From the IMG/VR virus record IMGVR_UViG_3300005826_000294, positions 237,684-301,683 of that record: DNA of 64,000 bases; one strand, written 5' to 3'. Below are positions 31,849-42,291 of this stretch, piece by piece (the first letter of the stretch is position 1; each line of letters begins with the position of its first letter). The notes below the pieces were generated by a model, which did no database searches, was not told the DNA's origin, and was given only the letters and a program-made list of their open reading frames with translations. Both the position numbers and the translations under genes were made by a program.

Positions 31849-33309
31849 TTATCCTTTAAATTCACTCTCCCATATGGAAATAACATCATAACCATCATTC
31901 ATAAGATTTTGTTCTTTCTCCAAAGTTTTTTTATATAATTCCATAAAAGTTGTTTTTGTTATAGGATTAATATCATTTGGATTAAACATGTTTGGATTCC
32001 CATGAAAAAAATCACCATTAAACTCATAAATAATATTATTTATAGGATCAAAAGCATCAACTATATATTTTTGATTACAAGATCTTATTATCTTTTCCCT
32101 AAATTCTTCAGAAACACCACAATCATCTAACCATAATTGAGATATTTTGGAAATATTATTAGTACAATAACCACAACCTCCACCATTTAAATGATTATTA
32201 GGAATTTGTTTAAACTCTCCATGTTTTGGACAAATTATTATTATTTTAGTACAATTATTTTTATATTTAACCTTATCATAATTATATTTATCTCCATGTA
32301 TCTTTCTTGCCTTCTCTATAAATTCTTTTGTATTACTTCTACTATTTCTAATACTACACTTTCTACATCCACTTCCTCCTAAATGATTTATTGGAATTTG
32401 TAGAAAATCTCCGTCCTCTGGGCATGTTATAATAATTTTTGTAGAAGCATTTGTATATTTAACCTTATCATAATTATATTTATTTCCATGGATCTTTCTT
32501 GCTCTTTTTATAAAAATATTTGTTCCAAGAGATTGATCTTCATTAACACATTTTAAACAACCATGTCCTCCTAAATGATTTGCTGGATTTTGTTTAAACT
32601 CTCCATGTCTAGGACAAATTATAGTTATTTTTGTATAACTATTAATATAATCTACTTTTGAATAATCAAACTTATCATTATGAACTTTTCTAAACTCTTT
32701 AATAAGTTTATCTTGATCCTTTGTCATTCTTTCATTTACACACTTAACACATCCACTTCTAGAATGCGTTGTGGGAGTTTGTAAAAACTCCCCATGTTTA
32801 GGACATATTATTATTACTTTTTTACGATAATTAATATAATTAACTTTTGAGTAATCATATTTATTTCCATGTATTTTATTAGATTTATCTATAAATTCAT
32901 CTTTAGATAATCTAAATAACTTTGATGTAAATTCATTAGCACAAGAACGACAACCATGTCCTTTTAAATGATGATATGGTCTTTGTAAAAATTCTCCATG
33001 AATTGAACATATTATTATAATCTTTGTGGAGTTATTCTTATATTCTACTTTGGAATAATCATATCTACCATTATGTACTTTTTTTGCTTTCTTTACAAAC
33101 TCTTCTGTATTTCCTCTTTTATTATTACATTTTTTACAACCACCTCCTCCTAAATGATTATTAGGAAACTTTATAAATTCTCCATGTCTTGGACAAATTA
33201 TTATTATTCTTGTAATAGCATCAACATAATTTACTTTAGAATAATCATATTTATTTCCATGTATTTTTCTTGCCTGTTTTATAAATTCTTCTGTAATTTT
33301 CTTTTTCAT
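31849..33309 (-). CDS. Homing-endonuclease-like protein: 6 Zn-binding repeats plus C-terminal nuclease domain
   Basis: Six HG.KYDYSKV...IIC..HGEF...HL.G.GC..C units; VDAFDPINNIIYEFNGDFFHGNP. Confidence 0.8.
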   Translation of the reverse strand: MKKKITEEFIKQARKIHGNKYDYSKVNYVDAITRIIIICPRHGEFIKFPNNHLGGGGCKKCNNKRGNTEEFVKKAKKVHNGRYDYSKVEYKNNSTKIIIICSIHGEFLQRPYHHLKGHGCRSCANEFTSKLFRLSKDEFIDKSNKIHGNKYDYSKVNYINYRKKVIIICPKHGEFLQTPTTHSRSGCVKCVNERMTKDQDKLIKEFRKVHNDKFDYSKVDYINSYTKITIICPRHGEFKQNPANHLGGHGCLKCVNEDQSLGTNIFIKRARKIHGNKYNYDKVKYTNASTKIIITCPEDGDFLQIPINHLGGSGCRKCSIRNSRSNTKEFIEKARKIHGDKYNYDKVKYKNNCTKIIIICPKHGEFKQIPNNHLNGGGCGYCTNNISKISQLWLDDCGVSEEFREKIIRSCNQKYIVDAFDPINNIIYEFNGDFFHGNPNMFNPNDINPITKTTFMELYKKTLEKEQNLMNDGYDVISIWESEFKG

Positions 33310-33310
33310 A

Positions 33311-34372
33311 TTAAGAATTCCAAATTCTACTAAACCAAGATTTCTTATTTTTAATATTCAAAAATATTTCTTTCTCTGATATAAATGATCCTTTAAATCT
33401 AACAAACTTATGCTCATTACAATTAAGAATAGCATCACCCTTTCCAGAAAGGCGTTCTGCCCCATTTCTATCCAATAAAATTCTACTATCAATTGGAGAA
33501 CTTACTTGACAACTCAATCTAGAAGACAAATTTGCTTTGATAATTCCAGTAATAATTGACGCCGTTGGTCTTTGAGTAGATACAATAAGATGAATCCCAC
33601 AAGCTCTCGCCTTTTGTGCTATACGACAAATATATTCTTGTGTATTCTTCTTTGAAACCATCATTAAATCTGCAAGTTCATCTATTATTACTACAATATA
33701 TGGCATCTTTCCTTTATATGTACTTATATCTCTAGCACCTGACTTTTCAAGTCTAGAAAATCTTTTTTCCATTTCTTTTACAAGTTCTTTTAATAACTCC
33801 ACAGCACTTTCGGGTTCTCTGGCTACAGGACCATATAATTGCGAAAGAGAATTATAACATGAAAACTCTACTCTTTTAGGATCAATAAGAGCAAAATTAA
33901 TGAACTGCTTTTCATTAAGCAATAAACTATTTATTATTACTTGAAGCATTATAGATTTTCCAGACCCAGTTGCACCTCCTAGCAACAGATGAGGCATTGT
34001 TGATAAATCAGCTATAAGTGGAGTTCCATTATGACTTTTTCCTAATGCTAATGGTAATATTGCCTTTGAAGTTTTATAAACATTAGAATTTATTATATCT
34101 TTAAAATACACATCTACTGGTTCGGAAATTGTAATTTCCATACGAATAATTCCTTCTCTTGTTATTGGATAAATTAAAGGTTCGGATAGTGCTTTTAAAG
34201 ACAAAGCAATCTCTGTTGAATATTGCTCTAGTTTGCGGAATGTTCCACCTGGTTTCAATAAAATATCAAATACCAGAAAATTCTCCTCTTTTATACATTG
34301 TTTAATATCTGCCTTAATCTTGAGTTGCTCAAAAAGTTTTATAAGGGCTTTTGTAGCAACACTTTTATTCAT
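33311..34372 (-). CDS. ftsK: FtsK/SpoIIIE motor domain (no recognisable membrane anchor or gamma domain)
   Basis: PHLLLGGATGSGKS, LIDPKRVE, IDELADLM, RACGIHLIVSTQRP, DSRILLD. Confidence 0.9.
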   Translation of the reverse strand: MNKSVATKALIKLFEQLKIKADIKQCIKEENFLVFDILLKPGGTFRKLEQYSTEIALSLKALSEPLIYPITREGIIRMEITISEPVDVYFKDIINSNVYKTSKAILPLALGKSHNGTPLIADLSTMPHLLLGGATGSGKSIMLQVIINSLLLNEKQFINFALIDPKRVEFSCYNSLSQLYGPVAREPESAVELLKELVKEMEKRFSRLEKSGARDISTYKGKMPYIVVIIDELADLMMVSKKNTQEYICRIAQKARACGIHLIVSTQRPTASIITGIIKANLSSRLSCQVSSPIDSRILLDRNGAERLSGKGDAILNCNEHKFVRFKGSFISEKEIFLNIKNKKSWFSRIWNS

Positions 34373-34572
34373 TATTTCCTTTGTTTTATTTCATCTCTTA
34401 TTCTCTCACAGAGTTCTACCATACGTCTGTGTGCGTGTTTAGCATTAAGATCTTTTACTTCATTTATTTTTTGAAACAATCTTTGATATTCCGAATGTTC
34501 TTTATTTAATTCCATAAGAATATTAGAGATTATCTCATCTATAACATCAAATTTAATCATTTTATTCCTCAA
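34372..34572 (-). CDS. Hypothetical protein
   Basis: 66-aa coupled ORF. Confidence 0.55.
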   Translation of the reverse strand: MRNKMIKFDVIDEIISNILMELNKEHSEYQRLFQKINEVKDLNAKHAHRRMVELCERIRDEIKQRK

Positions 34573-35146
34573 TATTTATTTTTAACCCCAACTTTTCTGC
34601 TTGTTCAATAAGAAATTGTTTTTCTCTTGCTTTTGGATCCTCTTTTGGTGGTTCAACACCAATTGCTTTTTCAAGTTGTTCCACTCTTTTTTCTAAAAGA
34701 AAACTCTTATGTGATAATTTATTATTTACATTCCTTAATAGTAAAGAAAGTCGTGTAGAAAAAACACATAAACTCATTGTTCCTTCTCCAGGTTCTAATC
34801 TTTCCACTTCCTGAACGGCTGAAATAAGTTTATTAATAATTGTTGTTTCTTCTTGTTTTTCTTTTTCTGATCTATTTTCCAATAGTTTAGAATCACTTAA
34901 TAATTTACTAAAATCCCTCATTGTGTCAATTAAAGCATTTTTAGCATTATTAATCTTTGTTATAATTTTGGCCGCCTCTTCTGTTGGAGGTTCAAGGTCT
35001 TCCATTGGAATTTCTGGAGGTTGAACATTTCTTATAACCTTTGTATTTTGTTGAGATCTTTGTTCTATTTTATTCTTTATTTTTACTCCCCCCGCTGGTC
35101 TTATATCTTTTAGATCTTTGTTTTTTAACATTTTTGGCTTGTCCAT
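34562..35146 (-). CDS. Hypothetical coiled-coil protein
   Basis: 194-aa ORF. Confidence 0.7.
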   Translation of the reverse strand: MDKPKMLKNKDLKDIRPAGGVKIKNKIEQRSQQNTKVIRNVQPPEIPMEDLEPPTEEAAKIITKINNAKNALIDTMRDFSKLLSDSKLLENRSEKEKQEETTIINKLISAVQEVERLEPGEGTMSLCVFSTRLSLLLRNVNNKLSHKSFLLEKRVEQLEKAIGVEPPKEDPKAREKQFLIEQAEKLGLKINIEE

Positions 35147-35684
35147 TAACTATCTCCTCTAAAACTGGAATATGCTTATTCATTCTTTTACATTTATCAC
35201 AACAACTTCCAAATGAAAAATCATTAAATATACGAAAAATACATGAAATATTATTTACATATTGGTGAGTGTCTGGGCAGAAAAAAAATTCTTTTGATAC
35301 TTTTTCTTTTATTTGATCAACTAGAAGAATATCTATATTTTTTGATATTAATGTTTTCTTTTTCTTATGAGCTTGTTTTTTAAGCTTTTCTTCTTTCCTT
35401 ATAATTCTTTCTTCTCTCTTCTTTTCTCTCTCTCTTATTTTTCGTTCTTTTTCTATTTTTTTATCCAATTTTTCTTTTTCTATTAAATTATTTTGCCTCG
35501 TCGTCCATTTTAACCATTTTGTATCAGTTTTAGCCATCTTACGCATAACTTTCAATGCTGTTAAAGTAGAAACTTTAGGCATTTTTTCTTCTATTAAAGA
35601 AAGTCTTTCTTTTGTATTTATCCCTTCTTTCCAACATTCATATAAAATATCTAATTGTTTTTTTGTTAGTTTTGCTTTCATCAT
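35070..35684 (-). CDS. Hypothetical basic protein with C-terminal Cys cluster (probable start 35684)
   Basis: ATGA overlap with the upstream stop; FCPDTH..C...CCDKC. Confidence 0.65.
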   Translation of the reverse strand: MMKAKLTKKQLDILYECWKEGINTKERLSLIEEKMPKVSTLTALKVMRKMAKTDTKWLKWTTRQNNLIEKEKLDKKIEKERKIREREKKREERIIRKEEKLKKQAHKKKKTLISKNIDILLVDQIKEKVSKEFFFCPDTHQYVNNISCIFRIFNDFSFGSCCDKCKRMNKHIPVLEEIVNGQAKNVKKQRSKRYKTSGGSKNKE

Positions 35685-36058
35685 AATATCTTTGAAATAT
35701 AACAACCTGCTTTATTTACATCAGCAGATCCTTTACTTAATCCTTTAATTAAAAAAGTAGCATCATTACGCTTATTAATAGTCTTAGTCTGCGTTCCGAA
35801 TATATCATTTATATCTTTATAATTACATTGAACAACAACCTTTACATTTCTATATTTTTTATTAATTACTCTAATTGTAATACTACGCCATGGAGAATTA
35901 CAGTTTCCATATGATGGAAAACTTTTTACTGGACAGTTATTTTCCCATGAATAATATGGGTCAATATATACTGATCCTTCAGGCATTTTAGAATGAAACG
36001 CTGGTTTTGTAAAACTACATCCCATAACCATAAAAATTAAAACATATAACTTTCTCAT
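35681..36058 (-). CDS. Putative lipoprotein / secreted protein
   Basis: MRK plus hydrophobic stretch plus lipobox-like VMGC. Confidence 0.55.
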   Translation of the reverse strand: MRKLYVLIFMVMGCSFTKPAFHSKMPEGSVYIDPYYSWENNCPVKSFPSYGNCNSPWRSITIRVINKKYRNVKVVVQCNYKDINDIFGTQTKTINKRNDATFLIKGLSKGSADVNKAGCYISKIL

Positions 36059-37161
36059 TTTCTTTCCTCCGAATTAACAATCTTCACAGCGTCAGAAATA
36101 ATTTGTGCGGCCTCTCGCACTTCATCCAACGTATTAAATCTTCCAGTACATAATCTTATAGATCGTTTTATCTCTTTAGGTCCTAATATTTTTGCTAAGA
36201 CTTGTGATGGTTCATTATTAATAGACATACAGGCACTTGCTGTTGAAATTGCTACTTTATTTCCAATTAACGCTAATAATTTCGTCATATTATCACAAGG
36301 TAAAGCAAGATGTAGACTTCCTGGTACTTTTGGATGAAAATCATGAAATTGTAAATCTGGAATAAGATTTAGAAGTTTTTCTAAAAGTAAATCTCTTGTT
36401 AATGATAATTGAGATCTTATTTGATATATTTCATTCTTGATAATTTCACATGCTTTTCCAAAACCAACAATAGCAGGAACATTTAATGTTCCTGATCGTA
36501 TTTCATCTTCTTGTCCTCCACCATGTAATAATGGTTCAATTGAACCACTTTTTATATAAAGGGCTCCAATACCTTTTGGTCCATACATTTTATGAGCAGA
36601 AAATGAAGCAAAATCTACATTCAACTTTTTAACATTAACTAATATTTTTCCAACAGCCTGAGCCATGTCTGAATGTATAAGCGTTCCATTTTCTCTTAAT
36701 TCATTTAATCTAAAAACAGGTTGAATTGTTCCAATTTCATTATTAACTAACATTAAAGAAATTAAATCTGGCTTTGGAAGGATCTTTAATCTATTAATAT
36801 CACAAACTCCATTTTTATTGGGTTTTAAAAAAGCAATATGTTTTTTACCATCAAAATAATCACAGATTTTTGAAATAGAACTATGTTCTATTTTGCTTGT
36901 AATTATTGATTTAAATGAATTTTGTTTTAGAATTGTATTATTTGATTCTGTTGCTCCACTAGTAAACACAATTTGATAAGGAGAACATGATATTAATGTA
37001 GCAACTTGTTCTCTTGCTGTTTCTACAGCATCTTCAGCATCCCAACCATATTTATGTGTCCTACTTGAAGCATTACCATAATATTCTTTAAGGTAAGGCA
37101 ACATCACCTCTAAAACACGTGGATCTAGAGGTGTAGTTGCGTGGTGATCTAAATATATCAT
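36055..37161 (-). CDS. iscS: Cysteine desulfurase (IscS/NifS class)
   Basis: IYLDHHATTP, FTSGATESNN, HSDMAQ, PLP lysine in SAHKMYGPKG, RSGT, catalytic Cys in STASAC. Confidence 0.93.
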   Translation of the reverse strand: MIYLDHHATTPLDPRVLEVMLPYLKEYYGNASSRTHKYGWDAEDAVETAREQVATLISCSPYQIVFTSGATESNNTILKQNSFKSIITSKIEHSSISKICDYFDGKKHIAFLKPNKNGVCDINRLKILPKPDLISLMLVNNEIGTIQPVFRLNELRENGTLIHSDMAQAVGKILVNVKKLNVDFASFSAHKMYGPKGIGALYIKSGSIEPLLHGGGQEDEIRSGTLNVPAIVGFGKACEIIKNEIYQIRSQLSLTRDLLLEKLLNLIPDLQFHDFHPKVPGSLHLALPCDNMTKLLALIGNKVAISTASACMSINNEPSQVLAKILGPKEIKRSIRLCTGRFNTLDEVREAAQIISDAVKIVNSEERK

Positions 37162-37170
37162 TATCTTTCC

Positions 37171-40100
37171 TTATGATACTACTGTTCTATCTGTTGTCCT
37201 ACGCCAATCTGTTCCATCAGAAAAAGCTGTTACTGATCCTCCAGTTTCATCTGGAACATAAATAATTTGTCCCGCTGGAGATGCAGAAGGAAGTTGTAAG
37301 ACATTATATTCTGGTAATAAAGTATATAAACTCCCTCTACTAGTAAGTTGTGTTATATTACCATAATTATCCATTATATGAAGTTCCGCATATCCATCTA
37401 TCTGTTCTGCATATGCTATACTGGAATTAAAAATTGAATTTACACCAGATGTATTACCAAAAGTAATGTAACCATCTAATTCTACAGCATTATCTCCATT
37501 AGCATTAATAAAAATCGGCCCAGAATCTGCTAAAATAGTCCTTCCATCTCCAGAACCTTCAGCGTCATAAACTTGATCTAAAGAAGTACTATGAGGATTA
37601 TTTGTATTACTTGTATGTATGTTTAAATTAGAATTAATGCTTGTTAATTCACCATCCTGATAAGCGTCATCATTTGTAATACTTTGAAACTGATTCGGAA
37701 GATTATAACCATCTACAGTCCCAACATTTATAATATTATTATTTCCAATATCAAGATTTCCAGACATAGAATTAGAACCATCAAGAGCCATGTATGAATC
37801 AAGTAACACTCCATCTATTAAAGTAGCATCTATTATTATAGAATTAAGTTCAGAGAGTGTTCCGTTTCCTAAATTTCCAACATCAGTGCTATGTGGATTG
37901 CTAATATTATTCTCATGACTTGTTAAATTCATAGCCGTAGCATAATTATCTAGTAAAGAAATATCAAATAAAGTAGCATCAGAAATTTTTGTATTAAAGT
38001 TTTCTAATGTATCTGCTGTATGTTCTTCTCCTCCAACTAAATGTGCGTTTATCTCATCAGAATTAAGTGTCCCATCTTTTGTTATTTGAACAGAATTTCC
38101 AGAGGCATCTTTATAAAACAATTCTGTATCACCAGAATCATCCATAACATAAATAAGACCTTTATCTAATAAAGATGTTGGATCAGATATTTCTTGTAAA
38201 CCAATATATCCATCTAGTCGTAATGCTTCATTTCCAGAAGCACTCAACAAAATAGCTCCAGAATCTACTATAATTTCTCTTCCAGCACCAGAACCGTTTT
38301 CATCATAAGATTGATCTAATGTATTATGGATCACAATTTCATCAGCATTAAGAGTTCCATCTTTTGTTATTTGAATAATATTATTATAATTATCCATATA
38401 GAATAATTCAATATCTCCACCGTCAGATTTTACATAAACAAACCCCTTATCAGTAGCAACCATAGGATGATCTAATACTCCGTCAAAACCAACATATCCA
38501 TCAATACTTAATGCTTCATATGAATCATAAGCATCTGTTGCTAAAATAGTTACTGGTAAATTATCTTCTACACTAATAATTCTTCCTGCTCCTAAACCAC
38601 CTTGATTATATGCTTGACCAAGTTTGTTTCCAGCACCAGAAGCATTAACTACTCCATCTTCTGTAATTTTAACAATTCTTCCTAAATTATCTATGTAATA
38701 TAATTCCGTATCACCAGCATCATCTTTTGTATATAAAGAACCTATATTTGATAAAGAACCTGGATCAGTTATTTCTTTTAATGCTAAATACCCATCATTT
38801 AAACGAATAAATCCAGATTCAGCATATAAAGAAATATCCCAATTAGAACCTATTAGTTTTGTTCCTATCTGTCTACCAGAAGAAACACCACTTTCACTAC
38901 CACGAAATGCTACAATATCAGATCCAGATAAAGCAGATGTTCCATTAATAATTCCTGATACCGCCGAAACTTCATAACCACTTGCTGTCGCTCCAGAAAC
39001 AATATTTCCCTGTATAGCTTTCCCATTATTAAATCCATCAGCATCGAATTCTACTAAAACTCCTTCAACACCAGCAACACCACCCTTCGCATCAACATAA
39101 ATAGCATTAGAAGAATACCCAGCATATCCAGTAGCAGAAATCTCTAATCCATGATTATCTGCTCCAACATTAATTAAAACAGATCCAGCATCAGCAACAA
39201 TAGTTCTTCCGACACCACTCCCACCCTCATCATATGCTTCATTTAATGTATTAGCTGATAAAGAAACATCAATGCTTCCATCTTTTGTAATCTGAACAGC
39301 GTTTCCAGAATTATCCATATAAAATAATTCCGTATCACCAGCATCATCTTTTACATAAATAAAACCTTTATTTAATTCCGCAGTTGGATTTGTTATTTCA
39401 TTTAAACTTATATAACCATCTAATTCAATAGCATTATCTCCACCAGCATCAATAAATACTGCCCCAGAATCTGCTAAAATACTTCTTCCAGATCCAGAAC
39501 CTCCTTCATCATATGCTTGATCCAATGTATTACTACTTAAAGAAATAGATGTTGGAGTCCAAACTCCACCCGTAAATACCAAAACATCATTTGGACTTGG
39601 ACCATTATTAGATACATTTTGTCCTTGAATTTTAACAACATATGGACTTGGATATGTACCAGCCAAATCTCCAGTCGCCGATCCAGAAGGAGATCTAGAA
39701 GCACTGGAACTATCTAATGTAGCATCAGATATTTTATTGTTAAGATCAGAAAGAGTTGTAGTACTATGTTTAGAACCACTTAAACTGTGTGTTAAAGGTG
39801 TCCTAGAATTACTACTATTATCTAAAGTAGCATCGGAAATTTTAGAATTAAGTTGTGCTAATGTAGAGGGTGTATGTGTTGAACCACCAATAGTATGTGT
39901 GCTTCCAGCAAATGTATCTAAAGCAACCATAGCATTATATATTGCTTCAGCCCATCCTTGTAAAGGGTCAAACTCACTTTGTTCCTGAGAAGCTGGAATT
40001 CTAATACCTAAAGATGTAAGAACAGCTCCAATAACAGTATCTGTATCACTATCAGAACTTCCAATAACAGTTAATCTAATTAAATATGATCCAACAACAT

Positions 40101-40308
40101 CTGGAACAAAAGATGCTGTAGATGAAGATGGTGTTAAAATAGTTGCTGTAGATACAGGTGGCTTAGATATAAATTGCCAAGACCAAGATGTGACTCCAGT
40201 ATTATTAGAATTTGATAAAGCAACGGAAACACCAGTATTTAAACTATCGTTACTTCCCTGAACACCATTTATTTTTATAGAAGCAGTTACCATTAAATTC
40301 CTCCACAT
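37171..40308 (-). CDS. Large repeat-rich virion/fibre-like protein (start may be MVTASI at 40293)
   Basis: N-terminal PKD-like domain (SWSWQFISKP..S...F.PD..GSY), five ~90-aa repeats, four His-containing ISDATL-type repeats, C-terminal AFSDGTDWRR. Confidence 0.75.
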   Translation of the reverse strand: MWRNLMVTASIKINGVQGSNDSLNTGVSVALSNSNNTGVTSWSWQFISKPPVSTATILTPSSSTASFVPDVVGSYLIRLTVIGSSDSDTDTVIGAVLTSLGIRIPASQEQSEFDPLQGWAEAIYNAMVALDTFAGSTHTIGGSTHTPSTLAQLNSKISDATLDNSSNSRTPLTHSLSGSKHSTTTLSDLNNKISDATLDSSSASRSPSGSATGDLAGTYPSPYVVKIQGQNVSNNGPSPNDVLVFTGGVWTPTSISLSSNTLDQAYDEGGSGSGRSILADSGAVFIDAGGDNAIELDGYISLNEITNPTAELNKGFIYVKDDAGDTELFYMDNSGNAVQITKDGSIDVSLSANTLNEAYDEGGSGVGRTIVADAGSVLINVGADNHGLEISATGYAGYSSNAIYVDAKGGVAGVEGVLVEFDADGFNNGKAIQGNIVSGATASGYEVSAVSGIINGTSALSGSDIVAFRGSESGVSSGRQIGTKLIGSNWDISLYAESGFIRLNDGYLALKEITDPGSLSNIGSLYTKDDAGDTELYYIDNLGRIVKITEDGVVNASGAGNKLGQAYNQGGLGAGRIISVEDNLPVTILATDAYDSYEALSIDGYVGFDGVLDHPMVATDKGFVYVKSDGGDIELFYMDNYNNIIQITKDGTLNADEIVIHNTLDQSYDENGSGAGREIIVDSGAILLSASGNEALRLDGYIGLQEISDPTSLLDKGLIYVMDDSGDTELFYKDASGNSVQITKDGTLNSDEINAHLVGGEEHTADTLENFNTKISDATLFDISLLDNYATAMNLTSHENNISNPHSTDVGNLGNGTLSELNSIIIDATLIDGVLLDSYMALDGSNSMSGNLDIGNNNIINVGTVDGYNLPNQFQSITNDDAYQDGELTSINSNLNIHTSNTNNPHSTSLDQVYDAEGSGDGRTILADSGPIFINANGDNAVELDGYITFGNTSGVNSIFNSSIAYAEQIDGYAELHIMDNYGNITQLTSRGSLYTLLPEYNVLQLPSASPAGQIIYVPDETGGSVTAFSDGTDWRRTTDRTVVS

Positions 40309-40368
40309 AATATACTAATACATTAAATTACTAATATATTAATAGATATTAGAGAAGGAAGTTTTTGT

Positions 40369-42291
40369 CTAAATATCTAAATTCTTTACATTGATAGCAT
40401 TTTCTACAATAAAGTCTTTTCTTGGTTCTACTTGATTTCCCATAAGAATACTAAATATTTTATCTGCTTCAACATAATTCTCAATAGTTACTTTCAAAAG
40501 TGTTCTTCTTTCTGGATCTAAAGTGGTGTTCCATAACTGTTCTGGACTCATTTCTCCAAGTCCTTTAAATCTTTGAAGTTTAAATGAACCCGTTTTTAAA
40601 TTATTATCTTCAACAAAGGTTTTAAGTTCTCTCTCATTTTTAATATAAAAATGATTTCTTCTATAAGTTATTCTATATAAAGGTGGCTGAGCTATATATA
40701 TATTATCATTAATAATTAATTGGGGCATTTGTCTAAAAATAAATGTTAATAATAAAGTTCGTATATGACTTCCATCAACATCTGAATCACATAGAATTAT
40801 AATTTTTCCATATCTTAATTTATTTAAATTAAACCCTTTCCCAATTCCAACACCAGATGCTGTTATAAGATTATTTAATTCTTCATTTGCCATCATCTTT
40901 TGGAATTCACATTTTTCAACATTTAGAACTTTTCCTCTAAGAGGTAGAACTGCTTGATATCGTCTATCACGACCTTGTTTTGTTGAACCTCCGGCACTAT
41001 TTCCTTCTACCACAAATAATTCACATTCATCAGGATCACGAGAACTACAATCTGCTAATTTGCCAGGCAAAATACTTCCACCATCCTTAAATACAGATTT
41101 TCTTGTTGCCTCTCTTGCTTTTTTGGCCGCTTCTCTTGCTTTATGAGCATTAATACATTGGGTTACAATTTTTTTAGCAGTTGGAGGATTTTGTTCTAAA
41201 TACCTCATAACATTATGAGAAACAATTGACTCAACAGCATTTCTTGCATCTTCCGAAACGAGTTTTTCTTTTGTTTGAGAACTAAATTTTGGATCTGGAT
41301 GTCTTATACTTACAACAGATATTAAACCTTCACGAATATCATCTCCAGAAAGAGAAACTTTTAATGTCTTTGGAAGATCAGAAGAACTAATATAATTATT
41401 TATTGTCCTTGTTAAAGCTGATTTAAAACCAAAAGAATGAGACCCTCCATCTGGATTAGGGATGTTATTTGTAAAATATCTAGCAATTTCTATCTCTGAA
41501 CCTCCTTCCAACCATTGAAGTCCAACATCAATAGTTATATCATTACTAATATCAGTAAAAACAATCGGTTTATCTAATAAAGAAGAAGGAGCAAGATGCT
41601 CAATAAATCCTGAAATATCGTTATCTCCGCCAAATATTTTTTTGGTTTTACTTAATTCATTAATAAATTCAATTTCTAACCCTCTACAAAGATATGATAA
41701 TTCTCTTAATTTTCGTTCTATAATATTTGAATCAAAATCTATAACATTGGTAAAAATTGTTGTATCTGGTACAAAACGGATAAATGTTCCTGTTTCTTTT
41801 GATTTTATTGACTTTTCTGAGAATTCTTCTATCTTTTTCCCTTTTTCAAAAGCCATCGTATATTCTTTACCATCTTTTTTAACTATTACTCTAAGACGAC
41901 TTGAAAGAGCAACCGAGACACTAATGCCAACTCCGTGTAATCCTCCACTTATCTTATAATTATTATTATTTTTAAATTTCCCTCCTGCGTGTAGTGTAGT
42001 CATAACTACTTCTAAAGCACTCATTTTCTTTTCAGGCATATAATATGTTGGAATACCTCTTCCATTATCTAAAACTGATATTGAACCATCTTTATATAAT
42101 GTAATAGATATTTTATTACAATGACCAGCAAGATATTCATCTACAGAATTATCTAAAATTTCAAAAAACAAGTGGTGTAATCCCGTTCCATCCTGAGTAT
42201 TTCCTATATACATTCCACTTACTTCTCTAACTGCTTCAAGATTTTCCAATGCTTGAATTTTATATTCATTCTTCATTAAATTTTTCTCCAA
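40369..42291 (-). CDS. gyrB: DNA gyrase subunit B (short form, 640 aa)
   Basis: EILDNSVDE, DNGRGIP, GGLHGVG, EGNSAGG, PLRGK, DSDVDGSHI, RFKGLGEM, LMG..V.PR. Confidence 0.93.
   Translation of the reverse strand: MEKNLMKNEYKIQALENLEAVREVSGMYIGNTQDGTGLHHLFFEILDNSVDEYLAGHCNKISITLYKDGSISVLDNGRGIPTYYMPEKKMSALEVVMTTLHAGGKFKNNNNYKISGGLHGVGISVSVALSSRLRVIVKKDGKEYTMAFEKGKKIEEFSEKSIKSKETGTFIRFVPDTTIFTNVIDFDSNIIERKLRELSYLCRGLEIEFINELSKTKKIFGGDNDISGFIEHLAPSSLLDKPIVFTDISNDITIDVGLQWLEGGSEIEIARYFTNNIPNPDGGSHSFGFKSALTRTINNYISSSDLPKTLKVSLSGDDIREGLISVVSIRHPDPKFSSQTKEKLVSEDARNAVESIVSHNVMRYLEQNPPTAKKIVTQCINAHKAREAAKKAREATRKSVFKDGGSILPGKLADCSSRDPDECELFVVEGNSAGGSTKQGRDRRYQAVLPLRGKVLNVEKCEFQKMMANEELNNLITASGVGIGKGFNLNKLRYGKIIILCDSDVDGSHIRTLLLTFIFRQMPQLIINDNIYIAQPPLYRITYRRNHFYIKNERELKTFVEDNNLKTGSFKLQRFKGLGEMSPEQLWNTTLDPERRTLLKVTIENYVEADKIFSILMGNQVEPRKDFIVENAINVKNLDI

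Noticed and set aside
36055-37161. DNA phosphorothioation system (IscS as DndA)
   Set aside because: No dndBCDE or ssp genes in the window.
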